From the IMG/VR virus record IMGVR_UViG_3300030102_004787, positions 1 to 59,211 of that record: a stretch of 59,211 bases of DNA; one strand, 5' to 3'. Source of the stretch: a virus. Taxonomy: Duplodnaviria; Caudoviricetes. Position 1 is the first letter of the stretch. Each line of letters starts with the position of its first letter. A program made the translations under genes and the position numbers. The notes beneath the pieces were generated by a model. The model was not told the DNA's origin and made no database searches. It saw only the letters and a list, made by a program, of their open reading frames with translations. Shown one piece after another: positions 10,207-20,340 of the stretch.

Positions 10207-10376
10207 ACCAGTTACTGGAAGGGCAAGCAGTAATGAAAAGCCAGCTTGATGAAATTAGCAAGCAAAAGAACGATCACGAAACTAGAATCAGAAGCTTAGA
10301 AAAAAAGTTCTGGACTTCATTAGCTATATTTGGTGTAAGTATTGGTACGTTCATTGAAGGAATTCTAAACAAATGA
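10191..10376 (+). CDS. Small coiled-coil protein with C-terminal membrane segment (lysis module)
   Basis: HETRIRSLEK followed by hydrophobic FWTSLAIFGVSIGTFI. Confidence 0.6.
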   Translation: MEEKINQLLEGQAVMKSQLDEISKQKNDHETRIRSLEKKFWTSLAIFGVSIGTFIEGILNK

Positions 10377-10822
10377 AAACTAAATTAAAAGACACAAAGG
10401 TCGGTCAGTTTCTAAAAACAAAAGCACCTAAAATATTAGACGTTATTGGAGATGTATTGCCAGACAGTGGCAGTCTCGGAATCGTAAAAAACCTCATTTC
10501 AAAAGATCCTGATTTAACACCTGAAGAAAAAGCAGAGCTACACGCTCAGATAGTAGAGGTTTATAAGTTAGAGGTGGAGGATAGAGATTCAGCAAGAAAA
10601 AGAGAAATCGAGGTAGCTAAGGTTAAGAAGTTTGACTTTATGTTCAATTTAACTGGATTGGTCGGTTTAACGGCCTTTGCTTTCTTAGTATATGCCATTG
10701 TTTATTTAGAGGTACCGGAGCATAACAAGGAGATATGGATTCACTTAATCGGTATCACAGAAGGCATAGCTTTGAGTATTACTGGATATTTCTATGGTTC
10801 AACTATGAAAGACAAAAAATAA
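10373..10822 (+). CDS. Putative holin
   Basis: DRDSARKRE motif, then two TM segments ending GYFYGST; adjacent to the endolysin. Confidence 0.7.
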   Translation: MKTKLKDTKVGQFLKTKAPKILDVIGDVLPDSGSLGIVKNLISKDPDLTPEEKAELHAQIVEVYKLEVEDRDSARKREIEVAKVKKFDFMFNLTGLVGLTAFAFLVYAIVYLEVPEHNKEIWIHLIGITEGIALSITGYFYGSTMKDKK

Positions 10823-10823
10823 C

Positions 10824-10831
10824 TATCTTTG
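10824..10831 (+). promoter_or_regulatory. Bacteroidota-type -7 promoter element
   Basis: TATCTTTG, intergenic. Confidence 0.65.
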
Positions 10832-10859
10832 CAATATAACTATACTTAAATTTAATAAA

Positions 10860-11093
10860 ATGAAATTAGAAAAAAACGAACTTAATAACATAACTGAACT
10901 TAATAAAAATTTTAATACTTTAAAAGTTTCTTTAGGAGATGCAGAATTACAAAAGTTATCTATAATTGAGGAAATACAAGAAATAAAAAGAAAGTTTCAA
11001 CTATTAGAAAGAGATCTAGTAGGCAAGTATGGTAAAGATTCTGTAATTGATTTAAAAACTGGAGAAGTTAAAAAGAAAGAAGAAAATGGCTAA
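10860..11093 (+). CDS. Coiled-coil hypothetical protein (possible fibre chaperone)
   Basis: 77 aa helical protein ending KYGKDSVIDLKTGE; precedes the fibre gene. Confidence 0.6.
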   Translation: MKLEKNELNNITELNKNFNTLKVSLGDAELQKLSIIEEIQEIKRKFQLLERDLVGKYGKDSVIDLKTGEVKKKEENG

Positions 11094-11961
11094 AATATCT
11101 GATACCTCATCCTATCCATCTATAACCCCAGGAGCTGGGGATTATCTAGTATTAACAGACGTTAGCGATTCTAACAGCACTAAAACAGTAACAATGCAAT
11201 CCATTGCTGATTTTATTGGTGGAGGAGGTGCATCTATACAGGCTGGGGATGGTATAGACATTGATTTCGGAACTGTTCCGTCTACAATAAGCGCTGATTT
11301 AAAATCTAATGGAGGTATTGTATTTGAATCTACAGAGCTTGCTGTAGATTTAGGAGCTTCTTCCATAACGGGCACACTAGCTGTGGGAGATGGAGGAACT
11401 GGAGCTACTACACTTACTTCGGGTGGTATATTAAAAGGAAATGGAACATCTTCAATTTCAGCAGATGGAGATATTAATGATTTAGTAAGTGCACAATATT
11501 CTACAGGAACAAATGGTTCTATGTATTTTGGTACTATACCTTCTGGATTAAGTGGAACACCTTTATCTAACACATCTATAGGTAATAAAGCTGGAAACTT
11601 GTTAACAACAGGGGCTGCTAACACTTTGTTAGGTGAAGGAGCTGGAAACTCAATAACAAGTGGTGACAGTAACGTTGTAATAGGAGCTAGAGCTGATGTA
11701 TCAGCAGCTGGTGTTTTAGATGCTACTATAGTAGGTCACTTAGCTTTGGGAGCAAGAGATGGGGTTGCTTTAGGTAAAGAAGCAAATGCAGGAAGAGATG
11801 GTATAGCCATAGGTAGTGGCGCTGAAGCTTTGGCAAATACGATATCTATTGGATCAAGCGGTCACGGTATAACTTTAGATGCTACTAGTAGAACTACAGA
11901 TACTTTCTTACCTATAATGATAAATGGAACACAATACTATATACAATTGTATGTTCCATAA
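11086..11961 (+). CDS. Putative tail fibre/spike protein
   Basis: Gly/Ser/Thr-rich; LAVGDGGTGAT, NTxIGxxAG and YadA-head-like GxAxGxxA repeats. Confidence 0.7.
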   Translation: MAKISDTSSYPSITPGAGDYLVLTDVSDSNSTKTVTMQSIADFIGGGGASIQAGDGIDIDFGTVPSTISADLKSNGGIVFESTELAVDLGASSITGTLAVGDGGTGATTLTSGGILKGNGTSSISADGDINDLVSAQYSTGTNGSMYFGTIPSGLSGTPLSNTSIGNKAGNLLTTGAANTLLGEGAGNSITSGDSNVVIGARADVSAAGVLDATIVGHLALGARDGVALGKEANAGRDGIAIGSGAEALANTISIGSSGHGITLDATSRTTDTFLPIMINGTQYYIQLYVP

Positions 11962-11986
11962 AAATAATTTACTTTAATTTAATGAA

Positions 11987-12211
11987 ATGCAAATTAGGAA
12001 AATATCAGTTGGACCTGATTACAAATCTGGTTCAATGCACTATATAATAGGTCAAAGTGTTTTAGGAGGAAAATACAGTATACACCACATAAAACACGAT
12101 ATGAAAGAGGGATCCATAAAAATATGGATCATTAAAGAAGATGAGATTTTTTTGTGGAAATCATTTAACTCCACAATGCCTTTTGCCGTTGAGTATAATT
12201 TAGATTTTTAA
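11987..12211 (+). CDS. Hypothetical protein
   Basis: 74 aa ORF IRKISVGPDYK...MHYIIGQ upstream of the packaging module. Confidence 0.7.
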   Translation: MQIRKISVGPDYKSGSMHYIIGQSVLGGKYSIHHIKHDMKEGSIKIWIIKEDEIFLWKSFNSTMPFAVEYNLDF

Positions 12212-12212
12212 T

Positions 12213-12776
12213 ATGAAGTCACCCTTTTGTTTTTTGGTAAACCCTGTAAACAATCAAAGGTATGACAACGTTAAAAAGATAGGTGATGTAAACTTTATTG
12301 TATCATCTACAAAAGAAGATCATACGGTTTCAAATAGGTTTGCTAAAGTCATATCTAATCCTATAAATTATAAAGGACCAATAAAGCCAGGAGACACTCT
12401 TTTGGTACATCATAATGTATTTAAATTATTTTATGATATGAAAGGAGTGGAGAAAAGCGGTAGAAGTTTTTTAAAAGATAATGAGTTTTTAGTTGATCAA
12501 GATCAGTTTTTTGCTTATAAACAAGACGAAAAGTGGTATGCAAATTATGATTATTGCTTTATAAAGCCCTCATTAAAAGAAGAATCTGTTATATTTAGTA
12601 ATGATACTTATCAACCTTTAACTGGTCGTATTGCAATAAACAACAAATACTTAGAAGATCTTGGATTGAAATTAGGTGATAAAGTTTGTTTCAGACCTAA
12701 CTCTGAGTATGAGTTTAAAATAGATGATGAAAAAGTTTATAGGGTTAGGTGCAGGAATGTAACGATAAAGTTATGA
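12213..12776 (+). CDS. GroES-like protein with two tandem Cpn10-like domains
   Basis: Two segments resembling GroES: KVIS..IKPGDTLLV and GRIA..LKLGDKVCF...EFKIDDEKVYRVR. Confidence 0.55.
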   Translation: MKSPFCFLVNPVNNQRYDNVKKIGDVNFIVSSTKEDHTVSNRFAKVISNPINYKGPIKPGDTLLVHHNVFKLFYDMKGVEKSGRSFLKDNEFLVDQDQFFAYKQDEKWYANYDYCFIKPSLKEESVIFSNDTYQPLTGRIAINNKYLEDLGLKLGDKVCFRPNSEYEFKIDDEKVYRVRCRNVTIKL

Positions 12777-13051
12777 AGCAAGACGAAATAAAATTAAAAA
12801 TAATTGAAGCAGGATATAAGGCTGTAGAGCAACTTATTAAAGTAGCTAAAGAAGATATTATTAAGCCTAACCCTGAAGATGAATTAGCGGCAGATAGATT
12901 AAAAAATGCAGCTGCTACCAAGAAACTAGCTATCACTGATGCTTTTGATATATTAAATAGAATAGAGACTGAAAAAGAAAATATAAATGGAACTTCTAAA
13001 AAAGAAGTAAAAACAACTAACCAAGGATTTGCAGAGAGAAGGTCAAAATAA
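12773..13051 (+). CDS. Putative terminase small subunit
   Basis: Helical ~92 aa protein directly before TerL; ATG overlaps the upstream TGA. Confidence 0.5.
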   Translation: MKQDEIKLKIIEAGYKAVEQLIKVAKEDIIKPNPEDELAADRLKNAAATKKLAITDAFDILNRIETEKENINGTSKKEVKTTNQGFAERRSK

Positions 13052-15275
13052 TTTATATAAGATTATAGATAATCTTATTCCTAAAAATGTTTTAGTTAAT
13101 AAAAACAAAACTAAAAAATGGGAGTATGGTTACAATGATAAGTATGGTATTGTTATTATATCAAAAGATGGAACTCTAGGTGAAATATACAATATTCAAG
13201 GATTATTAGTTGGTTTACCTTTGCAACCAAAAAAAGTATATTCTAGATCTAAAAAACAACAAGAACAATATTGGGAAAGACAAGAAGACCATAAAGAACT
13301 AAAAAGAATAAATTCTATATTTCAATGGAATGAAAGAGCTTCAGACTTTAAAAACAAGTGGGTAGATTACATTGAGTGCGAGTTTGACAAAAGAGATCTT
13401 GGGTATTGGTTTATGAATAATGGGAAACCCACTTACATTACAGGTACGCATTATAATTATTTACAGTGGACCAAAATAGATGTGGGGTATCCAAACTATA
13501 GAGAAGCAAATCGTATATTTTATATTTTCTGGGAAGCTTGTAAAGCTGATAAAAGAAGTTTTGGAATGTGTTACTTAAAGATTAGACGTTCTGGTTTTTC
13601 TTTTATGGGTTCTTGTGAAGCGGTAAATACAGGAACTATATCTAAAGACTCTAGGATAGGAATATTATCTAAAACAGGTGGAGACGCTAAAAAACTATTC
13701 ACAGATAAAGTTGTTCCTATATCTAACAATTATCCTTTCTTTTTCAAACCCATACAAGATGGTATGGATAAACCAAAAACAGAGTTAGCGTACAGGGTTC
13801 CAGCTAGTAAGATTACAAAAAAAAATATGTATGAGACGGAAGAAGTTGAGTTAGAGGGTCTTGACACCACAATTGACTGGAAAAACACTTCAGATAACTC
13901 ATACGATGGAGAGAAACTACAACTACTTATACACGATGAAAGTGGTAAGTGGGATAAGCCCGATAACATACTTAACAACTGGAGGGTTACTAAAACTTGT
14001 TTGAGGCTGGGTAGCAAGATTATAGGAAAGTGTATGATGGGTTCTACTTCTAATGCACTAGACAAGGGTGGAGATAATTTTAAAAAACTATACTACGATT
14101 CTGATGTGACTAAAAGAAATGCAAATGGTCAGACTAAGAGTGGTTTATATTCTTTGTTTATTCCTATGGAATATAACTTTGAAGGATATATAGATCGTTA
14201 TGGTATGCCAGTTTTAGATACACCTACTAATCCGGTTGTTGGTAATGATGGAGAATACATATATATAGGTGCTGTAAACTATTGGGAAAATGAAGTAGCC
14301 TCACTAAAGAATGATGCAGATGCACTAAATGAATTTTATCGTCAGTTTCCAAGAACAGAGTCACACGCATTTAGAGATGAAAGTAAACAATCTCTTTTTA
14401 ACCTAACTAAGATATATCAACAAATAGATTATAATGATTCTTTAATAAAAGAACATTACTTAACTAGAGGTTCATTTCATTGGCAGAACGGAGTAAAAGA
14501 TACAAAAGTGATTTGGTCTCCTGATCCAAAAGGTAGATTTTTAGTAAGTTGGGTTCCTAAAAATAATTTGCAAAACAAAAAAGAAAGTCGTAACGGAAGA
14601 TATTTTCCTGGAAATGAACACTTAGGTGCTTTTGGCTGTGATAGTTATGATATATCTGGAACTGTAGGTGGAGGAGGTTCTAATGGAGCATTACACGGTA
14701 TGACAAAATACCATATGGATGAAGCTCCAACTAATGAGTTTTTTCTAGAGTATGTCGCTAGACCACAAACAGCAGAGATATTTTTCGAAGAAGTATTAAT
14801 GGCTTGTGTTTTTTATGGTATGCCTATACTGGTAGAGAACAATAAACCTAGGTTGCTTTATCACTTTAAAAACAGAGGATATAGAGGATATTGTATGAAT
14901 AGACCGGACAAAAGATATAGTAAACTATCTGTATCTGAAAAAGAATTAGGAGGTATACCAAATACAAGTGAAGACGTAAAGCAAGCTCACGCAGCAGCCA
15001 TTGAAGCATATATTGAAAAGTATGTAGGTTTTGATTTGGAAGGAATACAAAGAGAATCCGATTGTATCGGGTCTATGTACTTTACAAGAACCCTTGAAGA
15101 TTGGGCTAGATTTGATATAAACAAAAGGACAAAGTTTGATGCTACAATTAGCTCAGGATTAGCTATAATGGCTAATCAAAAACATCTATACCAGCCGGTG
15201 GTAAAAGAGTCAAAAATAAGCATTAACTTTGCAAGATACACAAATAAAGGAAATTTAAGTGAATTAATAAGATAA
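13029..15275 (+). CDS. terL: Terminase large subunit
   Basis: KIRRSGFS Walker-A variant, LLIHDESGK Walker B, GCDSYD and VENNKP nuclease motifs; start codon uncertain (TTG). Confidence 0.88.
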   Translation: MQREGQNNLYKIIDNLIPKNVLVNKNKTKKWEYGYNDKYGIVIISKDGTLGEIYNIQGLLVGLPLQPKKVYSRSKKQQEQYWERQEDHKELKRINSIFQWNERASDFKNKWVDYIECEFDKRDLGYWFMNNGKPTYITGTHYNYLQWTKIDVGYPNYREANRIFYIFWEACKADKRSFGMCYLKIRRSGFSFMGSCEAVNTGTISKDSRIGILSKTGGDAKKLFTDKVVPISNNYPFFFKPIQDGMDKPKTELAYRVPASKITKKNMYETEEVELEGLDTTIDWKNTSDNSYDGEKLQLLIHDESGKWDKPDNILNNWRVTKTCLRLGSKIIGKCMMGSTSNALDKGGDNFKKLYYDSDVTKRNANGQTKSGLYSLFIPMEYNFEGYIDRYGMPVLDTPTNPVVGNDGEYIYIGAVNYWENEVASLKNDADALNEFYRQFPRTESHAFRDESKQSLFNLTKIYQQIDYNDSLIKEHYLTRGSFHWQNGVKDTKVIWSPDPKGRFLVSWVPKNNLQNKKESRNGRYFPGNEHLGAFGCDSYDISGTVGGGGSNGALHGMTKYHMDEAPTNEFFLEYVARPQTAEIFFEEVLMACVFYGMPILVENNKPRLLYHFKNRGYRGYCMNRPDKRYSKLSVSEKELGGIPNTSEDVKQAHAAAIEAYIEKYVGFDLEGIQRESDCIGSMYFTRTLEDWARFDINKRTKFDATISSGLAIMANQKHLYQPVVKESKISINFARYTNKGNLSELIR

Positions 15276-17716
15276 TGAAGAACATTGAAATACAAGTACA
15301 GTCTACAAGTTTTCCTAATCAATTTGCTTCAGACGCAGAAAAAGAAACGTTAGAATATGGTTTGAAAATCGGTCAAGCCATACAATATGAATGGTTTAGA
15401 AACGGAGGGAGTGCCTACTCTTGTCGTTTCTACGATCAATACAATAAGTTTTTACAATTAAGATTGTATGCGAGAGGAGAACAGTCTGTTGCTAAGTACA
15501 AAAACGAACTTGCTATAGATGGTGATTTATCTTATTTGAATTTAGACTGGACACCAATCCCTGTTTTGCCAAAGTTTGTAGATATTGTAGTAAACGGAAT
15601 GGCAGATAGGTTATTTACAGTAAAAGCTTATGCTCAAGATGCCTTATCAATGGATATGAGAAGTGGATATCAAAAGCAAATTCAATATGATATGAATAAC
15701 CAAGAGCTTTTTAAAGATATGCAAAAAAGTTTTGGTTTAGATTTATTTGTTAGTGGAGTTCAAGATTTACCAGAAAACGACAATGAATTACAGCTTCATA
15801 TGCAATTAAACTACAAACCTTCTATTGAAATTGCAGAAGAAGAAGCTATAAATACCATATTTGAAGAAAATCAATTTTTGGATATAAAAAAGAGAGTAAA
15901 TTATGATATGACTGTTTTAGGTATTGGTGTAATGAAACAACAGTTTTTAGCTGGAGAAGGTGTAAAAATAGATTATGTTGACCCAGCTAATGTGGTATAC
16001 AGTTATACTGAAGATCCATATTTTAAAGATTGTTTTTATTGGGGTGAAGTAAAAACAGTTCCTATTGCAGAATTATTAAAAATAGATCCATCATTAACGA
16101 ATGACGAACTTGAAACTATTGCTAAACACAGTCAGTTATGGTATGACTATTATAACCTCAATAGATTTTATGACAATACTTTATTTCAGAAAAATACTGC
16201 TACACTTCTTTATTTTAATTACAAAACATTTAAAAAGTTTGTTTATAAGAAAAAGAAGTTTGAAAATGGTCAATACAAAATAATTGAAAAAGACGAAGGT
16301 TTCAACCCTCCACAAGAAATGATGGATGAGGGAAATTTTGAAAGAGTAGAAAAGAAAATTGAAGTTTGGTACGAAGGTATAATGGTAATGGGTTCCAATA
16401 TTATGTTGAAATGGGAACTAGCCAAAAATATGGTTAGACCAAAATCAGCCTCACAACACGCTAGACCTGCTTTTGTAGCTTGTGCTCCTAGAATGTATAA
16501 AGGAAGTATTGAATCTTTAGTTAGAAGAATGATTCCTTTTGCAGACCAAATACAAATCACACATTTAAAACTACAGCAAGTTGTAGCTAAGATGGTCCCA
16601 GATGGTGTATTTATTGATGCGGATGGATTAAATGAAGTAGATCTTGGGACTGGAGCAGCATATAACCCAGAAGATGCACTTAGATTGTACTTTCAAACGG
16701 GTAGTGTAGTGGGTAGAAGTTATACTCAAGATGGAGAATTCAATAATGCTAGAGTGCCAATTCAACCACTGACAGGAAACACTGGTGAAAGAAAAATGGC
16801 TGCTTTAATAAATAATTACAATCATTATTTAAATATGATTAGAACCGTAACTGGATTGAATGAAGCTAGAGACGGAAGTACCCCAGACCCAAATTCATTG
16901 GTTGGTTTACAGAAATTGGCTGCTCTTAATTCTAATACAGCTACTAGACACATACTTGATGCTACTTTATATATGAGCAAAACAATGGCTGAAAATATAT
17001 CAATGAGAGTTTCTGACATTCTTGAATATTCAGATTTTAAAGAAGAGTTTATAAATCAAATTGGAAAATACAATGTATCTAGATTAAATGATATAAAAGA
17101 TTTATATATATATGATTTTGGTATTTTTATAGAAATAGCACCAGATGAAGAACAAAGAGCCCAGTTAGAAGCCAACATACAAATGGCTTTGTCAAAAACT
17201 GACATTAGTTTAGAGGACGCCATTGATATCAGAGAAGTAAAAAATATTAAAGTTGCTAATCAATTATTAAAATTAAAAAGAAAACAAAAGCAACAACAAG
17301 ACAGAAAAGATCAAGCTATGCAACAGCAAATGCAAGCTCAAACTCAATTTCAATCTCAGCAAATGGCTGCTCAAGCAGCTCAACAAAAAATGCAAATGGA
17401 AGGGCAAATTAAAATGCAGTCTAAACAAGCAGAAGCTGCATTTGAGATTGAAAAGTTACAAAATGAAGCTGCTCTCAAAAAAGAGTTAATGGATCACGAA
17501 TTTAATTTGCAAATGCAATTAAAGGGAGTGGAAGAAAAAGCCCTTAACAAAAGAGAGAAAGAAAGAGAAGATGGAAAGTCTAAAAGAATAAGTCAGCAAA
17601 ATACGCAACAGTCTAAACTAATTCAACAGAGAAAAGATAATTTAGCACCAATAAATTTTGAATCTAATGAGGATACGTTAGATGGGTTCGACTTTGCAGA
17701 GTTTGAACCTCGGTAA
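15275..17716 (+). CDS. Portal protein
   Basis: 813 aa directly after TerL, with a Gln-rich coiled-coil C-terminal region typical of podovirus portals. Confidence 0.8.
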   Translation: MKNIEIQVQSTSFPNQFASDAEKETLEYGLKIGQAIQYEWFRNGGSAYSCRFYDQYNKFLQLRLYARGEQSVAKYKNELAIDGDLSYLNLDWTPIPVLPKFVDIVVNGMADRLFTVKAYAQDALSMDMRSGYQKQIQYDMNNQELFKDMQKSFGLDLFVSGVQDLPENDNELQLHMQLNYKPSIEIAEEEAINTIFEENQFLDIKKRVNYDMTVLGIGVMKQQFLAGEGVKIDYVDPANVVYSYTEDPYFKDCFYWGEVKTVPIAELLKIDPSLTNDELETIAKHSQLWYDYYNLNRFYDNTLFQKNTATLLYFNYKTFKKFVYKKKKFENGQYKIIEKDEGFNPPQEMMDEGNFERVEKKIEVWYEGIMVMGSNIMLKWELAKNMVRPKSASQHARPAFVACAPRMYKGSIESLVRRMIPFADQIQITHLKLQQVVAKMVPDGVFIDADGLNEVDLGTGAAYNPEDALRLYFQTGSVVGRSYTQDGEFNNARVPIQPLTGNTGERKMAALINNYNHYLNMIRTVTGLNEARDGSTPDPNSLVGLQKLAALNSNTATRHILDATLYMSKTMAENISMRVSDILEYSDFKEEFINQIGKYNVSRLNDIKDLYIYDFGIFIEIAPDEEQRAQLEANIQMALSKTDISLEDAIDIREVKNIKVANQLLKLKRKQKQQQDRKDQAMQQQMQAQTQFQSQQMAAQAAQQKMQMEGQIKMQSKQAEAAFEIEKLQNEAALKKELMDHEFNLQMQLKGVEEKALNKREKEREDGKSKRISQQNTQQSKLIQQRKDNLAPINFESNEDTLDGFDFAEFEPR

Positions 17717-17733
17717 TATAATAAAATTATTAT

Positions 17734-17741
17734 TAACTTTG
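17734..17741 (+). promoter_or_regulatory. Bacteroidota-type -7 promoter element
   Basis: TAACTTTG before the scaffold-capsid operon. Confidence 0.65.
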
Positions 17742-17759
17742 TAAAAAAAATCAAATTAA

Positions 17760-18845
17760 ATGGAAATTAAAGTAAAAGCAGTGGAGGATGTTCCACAAAA
17801 ATCTGTTCAACAAGTGGAAGAAGAATTACTTCAAAAACACGAAGAACAGGTAGAGGGTAAAGTAGAAGAAAAAATAGAAGAGCCAAAAGAAGAGGTTGCA
17901 GTCGAAAATGCTGCTGCTGAATTTGGGGAAAAACAAGTTCTTTCATTTATTAAAGACAGATACGACAAAGAGATTAATTCTTTGAATGACCTTTTTGATC
18001 AAAAGAATAATAATTCGGATTTGCCTGAAGATGTAAAATCTTATTTGGATTACAAAAAAGAAACTGGACGAAGTTATGCAGACTTTATGGCATTGAACAA
18101 AGATTATTCTAAAGAAGATCCAGAAAAGGTTTTATTTAGTTATTATTCTGAGCAAGATCCAGAATTAGATGAAGATGAAATAAAATTTTTACTTGACTCT
18201 AAATTTAAATCTGATGAAAATGTAGACTCAGAATATGATATAAAACAAAAAGGAATTCAAAAGAAAAAAGAGCTTTCAAAAGCATTGAAGTATTTTGAGG
18301 ATCAAAAAAGTAAGTATAAAACTTCTGTTGAGTCAACAGAAGAAACTTCTTTTAAGTCTTCGGAAGACTACAAAGCTTTTCAAGAATACAAGGAGAATAC
18401 AATAAAAAGTTCTGAGCTAACTAAAAAGAGATCAGAAAATTTTAAAAACAAAACAAAAAGTCTTTTCGGAGAAGAGTTTAAAGGTTTTAAGTTCAACATT
18501 GAAGATAAGGATTATGTTTTTACTCCAGGAGATAGAAATGAGTTAATGAAATCTCAATCTGACATTGGTAATTTTTTAAACAAATTTACTAATGATCAAG
18601 GAGAGCTTTCTGACGTGAATGGATATCACCGGTCATTAGCTTTAGCTATGAACCCTGATAAGTTTGCAAAGTTTTTCTATGATGCAGGAAAAAGTGAAGC
18701 ATTGGATAATCAAAACAAAAAAATGAAAAACATTGATTTGAAGATGAGATCTGCTCCAGAAACCACAGTAAAACAAGGGCTCAAAATTAAAGCGGTGACT
18801 CCAACCTCAAGGCGAGGTTTAGTAATAAAGTCAAACCGAAAATAA
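17760..18845 (+). CDS. Putative capsid scaffolding protein
   Basis: Acidic, charged and helical; lies between portal and capsid genes. Confidence 0.65.
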   Translation: MEIKVKAVEDVPQKSVQQVEEELLQKHEEQVEGKVEEKIEEPKEEVAVENAAAEFGEKQVLSFIKDRYDKEINSLNDLFDQKNNNSDLPEDVKSYLDYKKETGRSYADFMALNKDYSKEDPEKVLFSYYSEQDPELDEDEIKFLLDSKFKSDENVDSEYDIKQKGIQKKKELSKALKYFEDQKSKYKTSVESTEETSFKSSEDYKAFQEYKENTIKSSELTKKRSENFKNKTKSLFGEEFKGFKFNIEDKDYVFTPGDRNELMKSQSDIGNFLNKFTNDQGELSDVNGYHRSLALAMNPDKFAKFFYDAGKSEALDNQNKKMKNIDLKMRSAPETTVKQGLKIKAVTPTSRRGLVIKSNRK

Positions 18846-18856
18846 AAACATAAAAA

Positions 18857-20278
18857 ATGAGTTTAAATTTACCTGGCTTTGCGTTACAGCCTAGTGCTAC
18901 TAAAGTACCTAGTGCTACTAACTACTTAGCCAATTTTAATTTCTTAAACCAATATCTTCCTGACACTTATGAAAAAGAGTTTGAAAGATATGGTAATAGA
19001 ACGATAAGCGGTTTCCTTCGAATGACGGGAGCTGAAATGCCTTCTAACTCTGACCTTATTAAATGGGCAGAGCAAGGAAGATTGCATATTAAATATACAG
19101 ACGTATCTACGCCAGCTGCTGCTGCAGATGACACTGCTACTTTTACTGTAGCTGATGCGTTAATTCCTGCAAACCAAGTATTCAATCCTGCTGATGCATC
19201 TGAAATTGCTATTAGAATAGGGAATACTGTTATGATTTCTGGTAACACTGGTTTTGCTGGTATTTCTAACAAAGGTATCGTAACTGCAGTTACTGCTACT
19301 ACTTTCACTGTTAAGTTTTACGAAGGCGGTGGATATACTGGTGTTGGTACTGGAGTTGATGCAAATGAAAAAGTAACTGTTTGGATTTATGGATCTGAAT
19401 TTAAAAAAGGTCAAAATGGGATGTCAGGATCTCTTGAGCCATTTGATACTATTTTAGAAAACAATCCTATTATCTTAAAAGACAATTACGAAGTAAATGG
19501 ATCTGATATGGCACAAATCGGGTGGATCGAAGTATCTACTGAAGATGGTGCTGATGGATACCTTTGGTATTTAAAAGCGGAGCACGAAACACGAATGAGA
19601 TTTGATGATTACTTAGAATCAGCAATGATCGAAGCTGTTCCTGCGCAAGCTGCATCAGGGGCTATTGGAGATTCTTTCAAAGGTTCAGAAGGTCTTTTTC
19701 ACGCTATAGAGCAAAGAGGAAACGTTTTTACTGGAGCTTTAGCTGCATTAGCTGATTTTGACGATATCGTTGAAAGACTAGATAAGCAAGGAGCTATTGA
19801 AGAGAATGTATTGTTCTTAAACAGATCTACTTCTTTTGCAATTGATGATATGTTAGCTGCTCAAAACTCTTATGGTGCAGGTGGTACTTCTTACGGATTA
19901 TTTGATAATGACCAAGAAATGGCACTAAACTTAGGTTTCACTGGATTCCGAAGAGGATATGACTTCTACAAATCAGATTGGAAATATCTTAACGATCCTA
20001 CTATGCGAGGTGGTTTAGTTGGTGGAGCTATTGAAGGTGTATTAGTACCTGCTGGTTCAACTAATGTATACGACCAAGTATTAGGAAGAAACGCTAAGAG
20101 ACCATTCTTACACGTAAGATATAGAGCTTCAGAAACTGAAGACAGAAGATATAAGTCTTGGATAACTGGATCTGCTGGTGGCGCTGCTACTACTGATCAA
20201 GATGTTATGAGAGTTAACTTCTTATCTGAAAGAGCACTTTGTACTATGGGTGCAAATAACTTCTTGTTATTGAAGTAA
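18857..20278 (+). CDS. Major capsid protein
   Basis: 473 aa after the scaffold, strongly biased codon usage, followed by a terminator. Confidence 0.8.
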   Translation: MSLNLPGFALQPSATKVPSATNYLANFNFLNQYLPDTYEKEFERYGNRTISGFLRMTGAEMPSNSDLIKWAEQGRLHIKYTDVSTPAAAADDTATFTVADALIPANQVFNPADASEIAIRIGNTVMISGNTGFAGISNKGIVTAVTATTFTVKFYEGGGYTGVGTGVDANEKVTVWIYGSEFKKGQNGMSGSLEPFDTILENNPIILKDNYEVNGSDMAQIGWIEVSTEDGADGYLWYLKAEHETRMRFDDYLESAMIEAVPAQAASGAIGDSFKGSEGLFHAIEQRGNVFTGALAALADFDDIVERLDKQGAIEENVLFLNRSTSFAIDDMLAAQNSYGAGGTSYGLFDNDQEMALNLGFTGFRRGYDFYKSDWKYLNDPTMRGGLVGGAIEGVLVPAGSTNVYDQVLGRNAKRPFLHVRYRASETEDRRYKSWITGSAGGAATTDQDVMRVNFLSERALCTMGANNFLLLK

Positions 20279-20290
20279 TAGTACTTTAAG

Positions 20291-20319
20291 AGGGGGGCTT
20301 TTTTAGCCCTCCTTTTTTT
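20291..20319 (+). terminator. Intrinsic terminator after the capsid gene
   Basis: AGGGGGGCT-loop-AGCCCTCCT followed by a T run. Confidence 0.8.
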
Positions 20320-20340
20320 AATTTAATTAAATTTAATGTA

